Assembly: GCA_002256025.1 (NCBI GenBank) | Contig: NKIB01013498.1 | Location: forward strand, 1-56,432 | Reading direction: 5' to 3' | Source: Asterionella formosa | Lineage: Eukaryota | DNA length: 56,432 nt | Shown: positions 37,205 through 48,629 of the stretch, piece by piece | How the letters are laid out: each line of letters opens with the position of its first letter | How positions within the stretch are numbered: position 1 is the stretch's first letter | The notes under the pieces: generated by a model | Databases searched by the model: none | What the model was told of the DNA's origin: nothing | What the model saw: only the letters and a program-made list of their open reading frames with translations | Position numbers and translations under genes: made by a program

Positions 37205-40200
37205 CTATGAAATAACGCATCTATCGCCCTTGGCTTTCATCAACTTCTCCACTTCCTCTTCAGTCAGACCTTCACCTTCTCGCTTGCGTAGATCCCAAAA
37301 GTCTTGTAATTTGGCGTCTTTCACGTCTCGACGAACATAAAACAAAATATAGGCTGAACTGTCGATGACATCTCGTGAATGAATTTCATAGACCTGGGCA
37401 TCATTGAAAAGTCGCCATTGACCGTCGTCAGACTTTAGAGAAGCGACGTAGTGACCTCCTGACAAGGCGCCTTGGTGATGAACCACGGCATAAAGGTCAT
37501 ACAGCATCATGGCCCGACCGGTAGAGTTGAATGGACCCATCGGAGCTGTACTCTCGTCATCTTCGCAAGCCGTTGTGTCATCAACCATAGCGTCGTCGTC
37601 ACTCAAATTAGACATTGCTTTCTTGCGCAGTAGCGCCTCATCGTCAACCTCGCGCCTTTCAAGAGTTTTTGACGTGTCGGTGGCCACAATGCGAGACAAG
37701 TCCAAACCCTCGACAGGAAAAACCACTAAATCTCTCAATTTTCGCCGCATATGTTGGGTGAACTGGAATCGCTTCAAATGGATAATTACAACGGGCGGAA
37801 GTCGCCACAGTGACATTCGCTTTGTTTGGACACGAAAATCCTTGCACTTGGAGCAATATGCTTCGGGGATCTTTTCTTCTTTGGCAAACGCGTCGAGGCA
37901 ATCCTCGAGAGTAATGGTACCACCGTACCCTTTCTTCTTGGCTTCATCGTTGCATGAAGCATGATTCTTGATGTGGATGGTAGATGGATTGCGTGCTCGA
38001 AAGGGCGAGGTGGAAACAGGTTGATCGAGTTGGTTCAAACGAAGCCCAAATCCTGCAGTCGCTATGTCGACAGCAAAATGCCAATCCAACGCAATTGAAT
38101 CTCCGCATAATACGATGGTAGGAGAGTCGTCGTCTGGAATGAGGCAGCCAATGCAGCATTGATACCATGGACATAAGGCACAACGACGTCCGTCGCGGGT
38201 AGCAAGTCGCAACCGGAATCCATATCTTGGTACAGGACCAGCGGCAACTTCCTCCATTTCGGACAGCGTGCGTCGTCGCCGTTGCCGATTACCATGTGTG
38301 ACTTCGACACGCGAATCCGTGTCCTTAATCAGGTCCACTTCGTGCTCGGCTCGTTCCAAGAAGCGAAGAGCGGAATTGGGAACAAACTTCCTAAGGCGCT
38401 GAGCGACCAAATCATACAAGTCGGAACCAGAGTAGCCTTCAAGATCGTTGACGCGAAGCAAAAGGGGAGTACCAAACACTCGATGAGTGAACGGATGGAG
38501 CAGTTCTCGCGATAAAACTTCTGACTTGCGTTGAGCAATTGCGAGAAAGGAATGCTTTGTTTCCGACGAACATGGCACTTTGGATTCATCGTCGTCGTCG
38601 TCGTCCGTGTCATTGCCTTGGAGAGGTTCCTCATCCTCTTCGATATTCTTAGATGAATGGAACTTTTCGTTGCCAGGACCTTCTTCATCTTCGTTACCCT
38701 TGTCGCAATCCACTTCGTCACTTTCATCGTCATCTTCCTCTATGCCTTCTTCTAAATCTTCCTGTTCAATCTCATCGATATCTCCATTCTCGTTGTTTCG
38801 AGGTTTACCTTCGACTACCCCGTTTAACTCTACCAAGGGATCAAGTGCGTAGACATGGAGTAGAGGGAGCTCACCTGTGTCTTTGCTTTGTAAATCAGGC
38901 AAAGCCCAGGAATTAGGGGCAATCTTGAAAATATAACTTTCTCTCATGTCAACGACTGCCATGTTCTGTGACATCTTCTTGAATATCGCATCGAGTTCGG
39001 CATTCTTCGCTTCATCCTGCTCTTCATCGTCGTCGTCGCCATTGTCCTTATCACCACTTGCTACTTGTTTGTCACCTTCCTCGCAACCATTGGTACCAAT
39101 CAAATCCAAATAAATAACTTTGGATAATGCAATCAACAAGTCCGAAAGCTTGCCATCATGCTTGACACGGACTGAATACTTCAAAGCCTCCATAGTTTCG
39201 CCAATCGGGTAATAGATCAATGAGACGGCGACTTGGTCGTCTTCTGGCAATGGCAGTTGGAGGAATGTAAATGGCTCGAAGCGAGCACTCTCGTACTTGC
39301 ATGATCGGCAAGTCAAGAGGCTTTTGTACTGCCCCGTAAACATGGAAACAATGATAGACATTTCTCGCTTTAGGTGATTCGACCACCAGATATCTGCCAA
39401 TTCACTGTCTGGTCGTCCGTCAGAATCAGGCGCTTCAATGTATGGTTTCTCAACAATTAGATTGAGATCCTCTGACAGGCCACCGAGAAGGAACGCAAGT
39501 AACTCCTGTGCATCATGTTGTTCGTTGCCAGAAAAATGTTCATTGCATTTTCCCAAAGCATCTTTAAATGTTTTGGGAGTCAGAGCTGGAGCATTGACAG
39601 GAGCATACGAACCAGGGGCAGTGATACGCCTAGGTTGGTGGGGGGTTACATTGTTGAATCGCTTCCAAAGAGAATTGACCAAGACAGCGGTGACTTGGGC
39701 AACACGGCCTTGATGTCCAATTGGGTTTGTGGTATTGATATCATTCAGGTACGCCTTCGTCGTAAAATAGTCACGAAACACGGGTGTGTGGCTGAGACAC
39801 TGCACGGAAGAATTCAAGTAGCATGTATTCCCCATGTTATAGAGCCCTACAATGCCGTCCCCAATTTCAGAGTCTGCGCCTAGGCCAGGGATATCCTTGG
39901 ATTGATCCTTAAATGTCCAATTCTTCCCGTCAAGGCCCCTAGGCCACAACATGCTTTCCAAGTCCTTGAGTTCAAGTAACAACATGATGTTTGCGGGAGA
40001 ATCGTGAACAGAGCCCCGTCGCGTTCGTTGCTCAACAATATTCTCGTCTAGATTCAACAACCAGTCATCACCTCCACCAATTTCCGGGTCGCCCTCCATC
40101 ATCCAGAGGCGACCATACTTTGGATCCACTCCGAGTCCTTTACATAATTGTATTAATAATACACGAACAGGACTCACACGGCTGAGAGGAGAAGATTGCT

Positions 40201-42469
40201 GAAAAGGTCGAGCTTCTCCTTTCGAGGTGACATCGCACAAAAACACAGTCACAAAAAAGGGATAAAGTTCGATTTCGTGTTCCGTACGGAGACGGTGTGT
40301 TTTGGAATGTGGAGACAGAGGGCCATTAGAAGGAACAAATCGCACCACTGAGCGGCTTATGGGAGGTCCTCCATCATACCAGGCTTGAAGAGCAGACCAT
40401 GAGAGGGGCGGAATAATTTCATAGTCGGTTCTCCAGCGAATATCTGCACGAAGAGCCAAACTACCATTCTCCACTAGAATACATGTGTTGTTGATTTTTC
40501 CGAGACCTCGGGCGTTGCCGTCAAGTGTGTCTCGTTCGTCCATTGCATCTTTCTCGGTGCCCCCGACTTTCTTGACATGAGCAACCCAATGACGGAACCA
40601 TCGATCATCCAAAATGTACCAGACCGTCCCTCGTGGTCCTCGCCGCGAAACATCTGACTGCGGATATCTGTACTTGTGCCTTCGCTGGACTTCTTCCATT
40701 AAGGTTAACTCCATAGAAGCCTTACTAGGGGGAATTCCAAAGATAATTGCAGCAATAAGTCTCAAGTCCATCATCAATGGTCCGACTCGACGTTGACTGA
40801 TCGCCAAATCAGTCGAAGCATGATTATAGTGCCATCGACAGAAACTGTCGAAAGTCAAGCCATCCACATCTGAGTTCGCTACTTCCAGGCAAAACTCAAT
40901 CACTGTTTCCAAAGATACCTTTTTGGAGGAGCCATTCATGACAACTTTGCCATCCAATTTGGACGGTAGGAGCCCCAAGAGGGATGCTGCTGTTGCATCC
41001 ACAAGAGTATCCTCGAAATTCAAATCGTTCAAGATAAAAGGCTGTATTGTAGTTTCTTCGTCTTCGTCCATGACTCGAGGAGAATCGGCCTGAAGGCGAA
41101 ATGCCCCATGTTCCAGCAACAGCAAGAGCATCTCACCAATTTGTGCTCGCGACAAGCATCGGTTGCCATCTTTCGACCCACCAAAAACACGAAATACAAA
41201 GCGCAACAATGGAATTTCCACTATAATGTCCCCCCTTTGCTTCTTGGATTGTCGTACAGCATCTACACCGAATTGAAGGACATCGTAGAGTCCCCAAACG
41301 AAATTATTGTCGTCGACAGACATGTCTATTGACAGACTTGCCGTTTGGAATACCAATTCCGCCAATGCTCTTGGTAAAAACCCACCATGCCCTCCTTCTT
41401 CGTTTTCCATGGTCACGGCTTGATAAAAGGCATTCATGGAAATGACGTGCGGTTTCTTTTGCTTTGGTCCGTAGTCCGCGTTTTCGACTAGAACGTCTCC
41501 GTGCAATACTTGTGAATGCTCTACCAATGAATGAAAGCGTCGTTTTATTTCGTAGAGACTGGCTAGACTGTAAAATTCGCACAAGTCCTCTATACTCCGA
41601 TGCGATTGCTGAATGGTCTCCAGATATGCTTCTGTCGAGTGTGGCAAAGGGTGAAGGGGAATCATTTGAGTGCCAAATGCGGCCAACCAATCCAGCAAAA
41701 TGTGTGACTTCGCGGTCATCTTGCTATTCAAGATCCCCGAGGTAAATTGTGCCGCAGTTAGCGATAGCAACGTCCTCTCGCTGCCTTCCGGGTTGAAGAA
41801 GTGGTCCAAAACTCTTCTGACGCCCGTTGTCTTGTAACTATCGTCTCCGTGCACATCACTTAGAAACCTATGAATCGTGTCTCTTGTCACAACCCCCTTC
41901 TTTAGATGGGAATCATAAACTCTAAATCCAAACTCCGCCATCATCATGAGCGCATATTTCCAACGCTTCGTATCTCCCTTGAGCTGTGCCGCTCTGTATT
42001 CTCTGCATACTGCCACCGCAATGATGAAATCTGGCAACAAGACCACTGGCGCTTGCGACCCTGCAGTGCTGTAGTTGTTGGCAGCACTGCTCAACGCATG
42101 CGCCCAACAATCAAAGAGTCCCATGTGCCCGCCCGCGCCGGGTACTGGCTGTGCATGTGCGGCGGTGGACCAGGAAATGAAAGCTCGTTTGTCCATGCCA
42201 CGCTTGATCCACCGACTAGCGGGGCCGTCTGTTGTAGTGCTCCCCTCGACGGCCATGTATTTGATGAGCGCCTCCACGTCCTTTGTCGTCGGCGGTGCCT
42301 TGGGAGTCTTCACGGCGAGAAAGGATCGGACGGTCCGCTCGACGGCTTCGTGTCCCAAAATGGAGCAGGCTTCCACCGTGGGAAGGATTTGGGAGAGGTT
42401 GGATTTCATGGTCACTGTCATTCGAGAATTTCCTTCCTTTCTCACAGCTTCCTCCTGTTCCATGGCCAT
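37205..42469 (-). CDS. Ubiquitin-specific protease (C19), USP32-like architecture: EF-hand-like N-terminus, DUSP, split catalytic domain, C-terminal CaaX; 1754 aa, single exon
   Basis: GLYNMGNTCYLNSSVQCL, QHDAQELL, YDLYAVVHHQGALSGGHY. DUSP motifs WYILDDRWF...WYDGGPPI. Ends in CVIS. Confidence 0.92.
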   Translation of the reverse strand: MAMEQEEAVRKEGNSRMTVTMKSNLSQILPTVEACSILGHEAVERTVRSFLAVKTPKAPPTTKDVEALIKYMAVEGSTTTDGPASRWIKRGMDKRAFISWSTAAHAQPVPGAGGHMGLFDCWAHALSSAANNYSTAGSQAPVVLLPDFIIAVAVCREYRAAQLKGDTKRWKYALMMMAEFGFRVYDSHLKKGVVTRDTIHRFLSDVHGDDSYKTTGVRRVLDHFFNPEGSERTLLSLTAAQFTSGILNSKMTAKSHILLDWLAAFGTQMIPLHPLPHSTEAYLETIQQSHRSIEDLCEFYSLASLYEIKRRFHSLVEHSQVLHGDVLVENADYGPKQKKPHVISMNAFYQAVTMENEEGGHGGFLPRALAELVFQTASLSIDMSVDDNNFVWGLYDVLQFGVDAVRQSKKQRGDIIVEIPLLRFVFRVFGGSKDGNRCLSRAQIGEMLLLLLEHGAFRLQADSPRVMDEDEETTIQPFILNDLNFEDTLVDATAASLLGLLPSKLDGKVVMNGSSKKVSLETVIEFCLEVANSDVDGLTFDSFCRWHYNHASTDLAISQRRVGPLMMDLRLIAAIIFGIPPSKASMELTLMEEVQRRHKYRYPQSDVSRRGPRGTVWYILDDRWFRHWVAHVKKVGGTEKDAMDERDTLDGNARGLGKINNTCILVENGSLALRADIRWRTDYEIIPPLSWSALQAWYDGGPPISRSVVRFVPSNGPLSPHSKTHRLRTEHEIELYPFFVTVFLCDVTSKGEARPFQQSSPLSRVSPVRVLLIQLCKGLGVDPKYGRLWMMEGDPEIGGGDDWLLNLDENIVEQRTRRGSVHDSPANIMLLLELKDLESMLWPRGLDGKNWTFKDQSKDIPGLGADSEIGDGIVGLYNMGNTCYLNSSVQCLSHTPVFRDYFTTKAYLNDINTTNPIGHQGRVAQVTAVLVNSLWKRFNNVTPHQPRRITAPGSYAPVNAPALTPKTFKDALGKCNEHFSGNEQHDAQELLAFLLGGLSEDLNLIVEKPYIEAPDSDGRPDSELADIWWSNHLKREMSIIVSMFTGQYKSLLTCRSCKYESARFEPFTFLQLPLPEDDQVAVSLIYYPIGETMEALKYSVRVKHDGKLSDLLIALSKVIYLDLIGTNGCEEGDKQVASGDKDNGDDDDEEQDEAKNAELDAIFKKMSQNMAVVDMRESYIFKIAPNSWALPDLQSKDTGELPLLHVYALDPLVELNGVVEGKPRNNENGDIDEIEQEDLEEGIEEDDDESDEVDCDKGNEDEEGPGNEKFHSSKNIEEDEEPLQGNDTDDDDDDESKVPCSSETKHSFLAIAQRKSEVLSRELLHPFTHRVFGTPLLLRVNDLEGYSGSDLYDLVAQRLRKFVPNSALRFLERAEHEVDLIKDTDSRVEVTHGNRQRRRRTLSEMEEVAAGPVPRYGFRLRLATRDGRRCALCPWYQCCIGCLIPDDDSPTIVLCGDSIALDWHFAVDIATAGFGLRLNQLDQPVSTSPFRARNPSTIHIKNHASCNDEAKKKGYGGTITLEDCLDAFAKEEKIPEAYCSKCKDFRVQTKRMSLWRLPPVVIIHLKRFQFTQHMRRKLRDLVVFPVEGLDLSRIVATDTSKTLERREVDDEALLRKKAMSNLSDDDAMVDDTTACEDDESTAPMGPFNSTGRAMMLYDLYAVVHHQGALSGGHYVASLKSDDGQWRLFNDAQVYEIHSRDVIDSSAYILFYVRRDVKDAKLQDFWDLRKREGEGLTEEEVEKLMKAKGDRCVIS

Positions 42470-44467
42470 GATTGAGATGAATTGATGATGCTGCGTGTTA
42501 GGATGTTGGGTCAGGGGGTTGCATGCGCATGCGCATTGCTATTGTAATAGCTACGGTTGGATATTATTGACTGTAACAAAATACGAGTCAAGTTGCAATC
42601 CGCAATGACCATTGTGCCCACAATACCGGTACTGGTACCGATAATCAAATGCATACCGGTATTCCGTCACCGGTACAGTAGTTTACAGGGGTAGTCAGTG
42701 CTGGTACCAGCACCACGTTCCTGGTGCTCGTACCTGGTACCTGGTACCATTCATGATTCTGGGTCGTAAGGAACGGATATTGTACGTAGAAACCCGAAGA
42801 ATGGAGATATGATTTTGCAGCTATTGCTTTTCATAGACTCCTTCACTCCTGCATAGGATGTTTTTGTCTCTTTCGAAGGAGGTCAACTCATTTATTCTGG
42901 CGGACAGGATTTCATTTGATGTTTGGGTTTTCTACCCTGATTGGTCACAGTCAACAGATGAAGTGGAAGTTGTTGCTTTTGTTGTGGGTTTTTTACATCT
43001 TCATGAGCACCAGTGTTTGAGCACTACTAGTAGTGTTCCACTTGCTCCACTGGCAAAGTTTTTTCTGGTCCCCCATAGTTGATGTCATGTTCTCAATAGT
43101 TAACAGTAAATATTTCTGCTCCCCTAAAAATACTAGGGATCAGTTGTTTCTTGCCTCATCCCAAATAAATTAAAGTCAGACCATCACTGGCTGGTTGCTC
43201 CCCACCACATTTCAGAGTCCAACCAATAGGGTTCTTGGATTTCATGAGACTGCTATTAGGATGCACTGCCATCATGTAAATGGGTCCATTTATAAAAATT
43301 ACCACCAAGAAACCAGTGCATTTTCATTGATTTCTTTTCCATCACTCTTCACCACCTTTCAGATGCCAATATAGCTACTATGGAAGGCTATTCTGAGACT
43401 GGCTGGAAGGACCTCAAAATATGACATCTCACAATTAGTCCTTCTGGGGTCTTGGCCCCTTTTGATCACCTCCCCATTGCATTAAGGGCTTGCACTTAAA
43501 TCCCTGGTGCATCTCATTGTGTACCCTGGTAGTGGTAAACAAGAAGAACCAGAGATTGCTTTTTGTGTGGTGTTCCATCCTTTGGAGCAAAGCAAGTGCC
43601 CCTGCACTAAAATCGCCCATGTCTCACATTTCTTGTCAGATTGCATCAGTGCAGTACTCGTGTTGTGGTTGGTTTGATGCATATGCTCAAAATCTTGACA
43701 TTTCCAAGGGAGCAACAAGATCTTGGCACCACTTGACATCATAGTAGCTAACTCCTATTTTCTCATTTCTTAAGATTTGTTCCAACCACAATTTCCCAGG
43801 AGCCATCCAAATGTTTCATTATATTCAGTTATACCAATGGTGGCATCTCCCGTCGCTGCCACCTTCATTTATGAACCAGAGTACGGTAAGCGGTCAATAT
43901 GATTGAAGCAGCAATGTTCTACTCTGGTCACTTTGTTACCTAGCCATGGTAGACTGACTATTGCGGCCGGGAGACCTCGAATACAGGTACTTGTTTGTTC
44001 TGTATTTGTACTAAAAACCCTAGTACCAGAGCCTACGTGTAGTCACCAGCCCCGGTATAATAGGACCTGCCCTCCTGCAGAGTACAAGGAACCTAGGTAG
44101 AACCTTCGTTTGCTTGCTGTGTTATAAAAGGGCTAGTATGTAGTACCAGTAAACCTAATCGGGTTTTTTGTACAACTAACCGATACACAGAAGCAGGCTT
44201 GCAATTGAAAAAACTACGTAAGCACACCAGAAGGGAACAAAAGGAACTTGTCAACAAATGCAATCTTTCTAGCATTTAGTGTACATGAACCAAGCCCGTT
44301 TGCCCAAGCTTAAGATCATGAAAAATAATACGATGGGTAATATCCATAACCCGACAGATGGGTATCTGAAAAGAGCAGCATCTACCCCAACAGCAAAGTA
44401 GCATTGTATTCTTTGGCATTTCATTCTGTAATTCGCTTTAACTAGTTCAGCACGATGGCCATTCCAT

Positions 44468-45085
44468 TTAAGGAAGGTAAGGGAATCCGTTTCCAGTGAT
44501 AGATGCTCCAGCAACCATGCCTCCAATGGCAATCATCGCAAGGCGTCCGTTCTTCAATTCTTGCAACTGCCTCTCCTTTCGCTTGGCCGGGTCGGTTGGG
44601 TAAAGCCCAAGTGGATCAAAGCCAAAGTCCCCAGGCTGACGGTCAAACTCGTTCATGTTGGCAAGGGCAGGGAAGGAGACAGCCTCCAAGAATGAGATCC
44701 AAAGGAAAATTTGAATCATGGATTCTGGGAGCGCGTCATGGGCATCAATGACCCTGGGGAGGGCCGCAAACGAGAATTGCTCTCCTGGAATGCGGACGAA
44801 TTCCGGAACAACAAAGCCAGCAGCCGCCAACATGGCAGCACGTCCGTGCTTCAACTCCGCCTCGCGAAACCAGGGGAGCCAATCCGGAGCACGTTCCGCG
44901 AATCCAGCGGGATCAAAGTTCTTGCTAGACTGATTTCCAGTGGGGGTGAAAGGCATTGGTTCCGGGCCTTCGCTGCCCACCATGCCGTTGGCAAATGCAT
45001 GGACAGATGATGTGGTCGAAGTGCGCACGCCCGGGGCGAATGCAGCAGCGGAGGCGACAGTAGCGGCGAAAACGGCGAGCTTCAT
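44468..45085 (-). CDS. Lhcr: Fucoxanthin-chlorophyll a/c binding protein, Lhcr-type, 205 aa, intronless
   Basis: ASAAAF-AP plastid motif, FDPAGF, REAELKHGRAAMLA, PGDFGFDPLGL, ELKNGRLAMIA. Confidence 0.93.
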   Translation of the reverse strand: MKLAVFAATVASAAAFAPGVRTSTTSSVHAFANGMVGSEGPEPMPFTPTGNQSSKNFDPAGFAERAPDWLPWFREAELKHGRAAMLAAAGFVVPEFVRIPGEQFSFAALPRVIDAHDALPESMIQIFLWISFLEAVSFPALANMNEFDRQPGDFGFDPLGLYPTDPAKRKERQLQELKNGRLAMIAIGGMVAGASITGNGFPYLP

Positions 45086-45521
45086 GGTTGGAATGGAAGG
45101 CTTGCTTATTGGATGCTTGCGTTCGTATAGCAGAATCACTCAATATTTCGCTCCTGGCGTTGCCATGCATCGAAGTCCGATATGGTACCTGGTAGTTAGT
45201 ATACCGTTTACATATGGTGTGTAGGAGAAAGTTTCTGTTGCAAATCTTTTTAGGTCAACCTCAACTTCCTTGGATCCACTCCTGCAGCGTGCAGAAGACA
45301 TGGTTGTGCAGGAGCAGCCAAGCAAAATTAAGACTTGTCGTCGCTCAGAAGGGACTGCCGAAGATCCACAGACAACGGTGCAAGGCTGACGACATCCAAC
45401 ATGAATACATACACAGAGCACAGTGTGGATCTACCCTCAACGTCGAATGTCACTTGGTTCAACAGGGTGCCTTGCTTTTTTACTACTTTCTAGTCGCCTT
45501 CACATCGCACGACGATTCACC
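45086..45521. promoter_or_regulatory. Bidirectional promoter region between two divergent Lhcr genes
   Basis: 436 bp between the two start codons. Inferred from geometry only. Confidence 0.65.
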
Positions 45522-46341
45522 ATGAAGACCGCCGCCGCTCTCGTTGCTTGCCTTGCTGGCGCCAATGCTTTCACTGGAGCTCCTGTTTCCAAGGTCAGCT
45601 CCAAGTCCGCCCTGCAGATGTCTGTCTTCGACGACTACGTTGGCGCCGTGGATTTCCGCGGAAAGAAGTTCGAGTTCGACCCTGTGAGTTTTATGTAAAT
45701 GATGTAATGCAATGGGATGGTCCACCATAGTGATCTGCTGTGTAGGAATAGGGTCAACTAACCTCTATATGTATACTTTACACACACACAGTTGAAGCTC
45801 TCGGAAACCTATTCGCCATTTGTCGGCTTCTTCCGTGAATCCGAACTTCGTCATGGCCGCACAGCTATGCTTGCTGTCTTGGGCTTCATTGCTACTGACT
45901 TTGTCCGCATTCCAGGTGAAATGTACTCATTCGCTGCCATCCCAAAGACCATTGATGCACATGATGCACTTTTGAAGACTGGACCCATGTACCAGCTCTT
46001 CATGTGGATTGCTCTTTTTGATATTGTCATTACTGCCCCAGCTATCCAAGCAATGGGAGAGGGAGAACGTGAACCTGGTGGTAAGTATATATTTAAAAGA
46101 TAGGTTGTTGTTTGTGTTGCATTACTCCTTCTGTTTGTGCGCTAACCCCCTCCCCCAACAAAAATAAATACAAATGGACCACCAAACAGACTTTGGTTGG
46201 ACGTGGTTTGGTCCATCTACCAAGGAAGGCATGGACAAAAAGCGTCGTGCGGAACTCATGAATGGCCGATTGGCCATGTGTGCTGTCGGTGGAATTGCTA
46301 CTCAATCGATCATTAACGGACATGGATTCCCTTATGTGTAA
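45522..46341 (+). CDS. Lhcr: Fucoxanthin-chlorophyll a/c binding protein, Lhcr-type; exons 45522-45683, 45792-46080, 46190-46341; 200 aa
   Basis: GANAF presequence, FEFDP|LKL, RESELRHGRTAMLA, EPG|DFG, ELMNGRLAM, HGFPYV. Two GT-AG introns restore the frame. Confidence 0.93.
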
Positions 46342-46616
46342 AAACTTTTTTAAATAAATATAATTCTTTGGATCATCATGTTTTTATTATTGGTACTGAC
46401 ATTTACACTAAACGATGGTGGCACAAAAATTAACGTCAACACTCTTGCTGGCTAATTTAGAGATTGTCAGGTAGATTTACACTTCGAGACCAAATAAAAG
46501 GGAGTATGTTTGGAATAATGACATCTAGCCTCAAGCGGGAAATGTCCTCTGGATAATTTTGCTATGCTCCATCATCATAGAATATAGAGTACTGTGCATG
46601 GGAGTCTTGAACAAAA

Positions 46617-47594
46617 CTACAATGCCATTTCATCATACAGAGGCACATCACCAAGAGCACTGAGATTGTCCATGTACGCTCGCAGCTTCGTTGGCCATTG
46701 GACACCTTTGATAATAGTGATAGATCGAAGACGAGCCCAGAGATCAATATCATCATAGCTCAATCCTCCTTCACTGCAGTGGTGTTCCGAAACCACAATA
46801 TCATCCAGCTCCACCAACTTGGCGTTCAGTTCCTCCACCAATGGCGCAGGATCGTTCGCCATGGCCTCCGCATACAGGCGCAGCTTGTCCGCCATGTTCA
46901 TCCCTGGAACGTCCTTGGAACCCTTCCATTCTTCCTTCTCGTATGGAGGGAGCTGGTGGTTCTTGATAAAGGCATGGCGTCCATCGAGCTGTTGGAATTC
47001 CGGCATGAGACCAGTGGCGACATAGCGAGGTCGTTGCAGAGTTCTGAGTAGGGTTTGGGTGGACTTTTGCCATGCCTTGAGGTCGGATCGATCCGTGGCA
47101 GCGAGAATGACACCTGTAGGACCAAAGCGTTCGTCGGCATCCGTGAGTTTGATAATATCCAAGGATTCACCCATGACTAAATTGTCCGCTGGGAATTTCT
47201 GTGGCAAGTTGAGGGAGGGAGGGGATAGGTGAGTGTGAAGTGTAGAACGGTGGGTGAATACTGCGTGGCCCTGGAAACTTACGAAGATGGGAGAAATCTT
47301 CTTGCCTACAAGAGACGTGGGCGTCGCAACGTCGTCATTCGCTAAGAACTGAAGATTAAACTTGACATTCTTCAATCCGAGGGCAAGACGGACGCGGACG
47401 CAGAAAGGGCAGTGATCGTAGACAAACACGGTAGGCAGTTCGTCCATGATGATCCTTTCCGGCTTTATGAAGGGTGCAGCTTCAACAGCGGCAGACATGG
47501 AGAGCGAGGCTGCTCTGGCGAAGGGCGCTCGCGGAGTGATGAATGCGGAACATGATGAGGCGAGTGACAAGGCGAGAGCCGAGGAAATCTTCAT
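46617..47594 (-). CDS. grxB: Plastid-targeted glutaredoxin 2 (GrxB/GST-fold); probable 84-nt intron 47199-47282; about 297 aa
   Basis: YDHCPFCVRVRLALGLKN, MGESLDII, LSYDDIDLW. Presequence ASSCSAF. Confidence 0.88.
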   Translation of the reverse strand: MKISSALALSLASSCSAFITPRAPFARAASLSMSAAVEAAPFIKPERIIMDELPTVFVYDHCPFCVRVRLALGLKNVKFNLQFLANDDVATPTSLVGKKISPIFVSFQGHAVFTHRSTLHTHLSPPSLNLPQKFPADNLVMGESLDIIKLTDADERFGPTGVILAATDRSDLKAWQKSTQTLLRTLQRPRYVATGLMPEFQQLDGRHAFIKNHQLPPYEKEEWKGSKDVPGMNMADKLRLYAEAMANDPAPLVEELNAKLVELDDIVVSEHHCSEGGLSYDDIDLWARLRSITIIKGVQWPTKLRAYMDNLSALGDVPLYDEMAL

Positions 47595-47811
47595 TGCTAG
47601 CTATCTAATGTATCGGTAGTAATGGTTTGGTTGGGTGGGTGGGTGGGTGGAGATTGCAAGCCAGAGGAGGAGTACCGGTATGCAGAGAAGAAATAAGCAG
47701 GAAACGACAAGTCCAGAAAAAAGGCTTTACCACAAGAACGGACTGACGCAAGCCTTTGGTTGTACGTGTCGTTTGTACATACCGGTATGCATGTTGGATG
47801 ATGTTTCCAGA

Positions 47812-48447
47812 GTACCAGCTTACCAGGTTACCAGGTTACCAGGTACTCCACCTGATACCTGTGCCTGGTACTACCAGGTACCTGGTACCTGGTACCGGTA
47901 GCCACTTTGAAGTGTTATGCTTTCACGTATATTCATAGCTGAATATATACATTCTGTACACGTGTACCAGCGCGATAGTCAACGGTGGCGTACGTTTACA
48001 CTAGATACGATACCTGGTACCAGGAACAAAGAAGTGGCCTTTACGGTAAATGGGTACAGTACGGGGTCCACTCCTTTGAACAAACCAGGAACTGGGGCAC
48101 CAATAACCGATGGAACAAGCAACCAGTACCTGGTACCTGGTACATTGGTCTATGTAGAATATCTGATAATCACCCATGGCGAATCGACTTCAACGACCGT
48201 CATCATTCATAGCACACCATGATGAAGGCCACGCATACAGGACCTGGTTGGTACCTGGTACTGTATGCATGATGAATGTCACAAGTTCCATTGGTGTCCT
48301 CCATCATTCATACCAGGAGTACCAGGTACCAGGTACCATACACCTTGAATCCATGTCCATACAGTAAGATATATTTATACCGGAATATATGAGCATCCGG
48401 TATCGGTACCTGGTACCTGGTACCAGGGTACCAGGTACCTGGTACCG
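47812..48447. repeat. Dense cluster of GGTACC/(TACCAGG)n motifs in a divergent intergenic region
   Basis: Examples: GGTACCTGGTACCTGGTACC at 47877 and 48405, GTACCAGGTACCAGGTACC at 48319. Confidence 0.85.
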
Positions 48448-48629
48448 ACATTCGATTTATGGACTGGTACTAATGATGACACACAGAATAATTAATGAAC
48501 GATGATACCGGAAGTACATATGATACAAATAAGGAAGCACCTTTCAAAGCAGCAATAATACACCATTCGCTTCATCAGCTCACGTTGGAAAATCACACCC
48601 CGCGATCGTTTAGCTACTAACTCTATACT

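Noticed and set aside
42770..44185. DNA transposon bounded by imperfect inverted ends (TGTAC...AAACCCGA)
   Set aside because: The match is short and imperfect, with no TSD and no recognisable transposase. Probably a TE relic, but I cannot support a call.
47635..48367. Short ORFs rich in VPGT/YQVP
   Set aside because: Translation artefacts of the GGTACC repeats.
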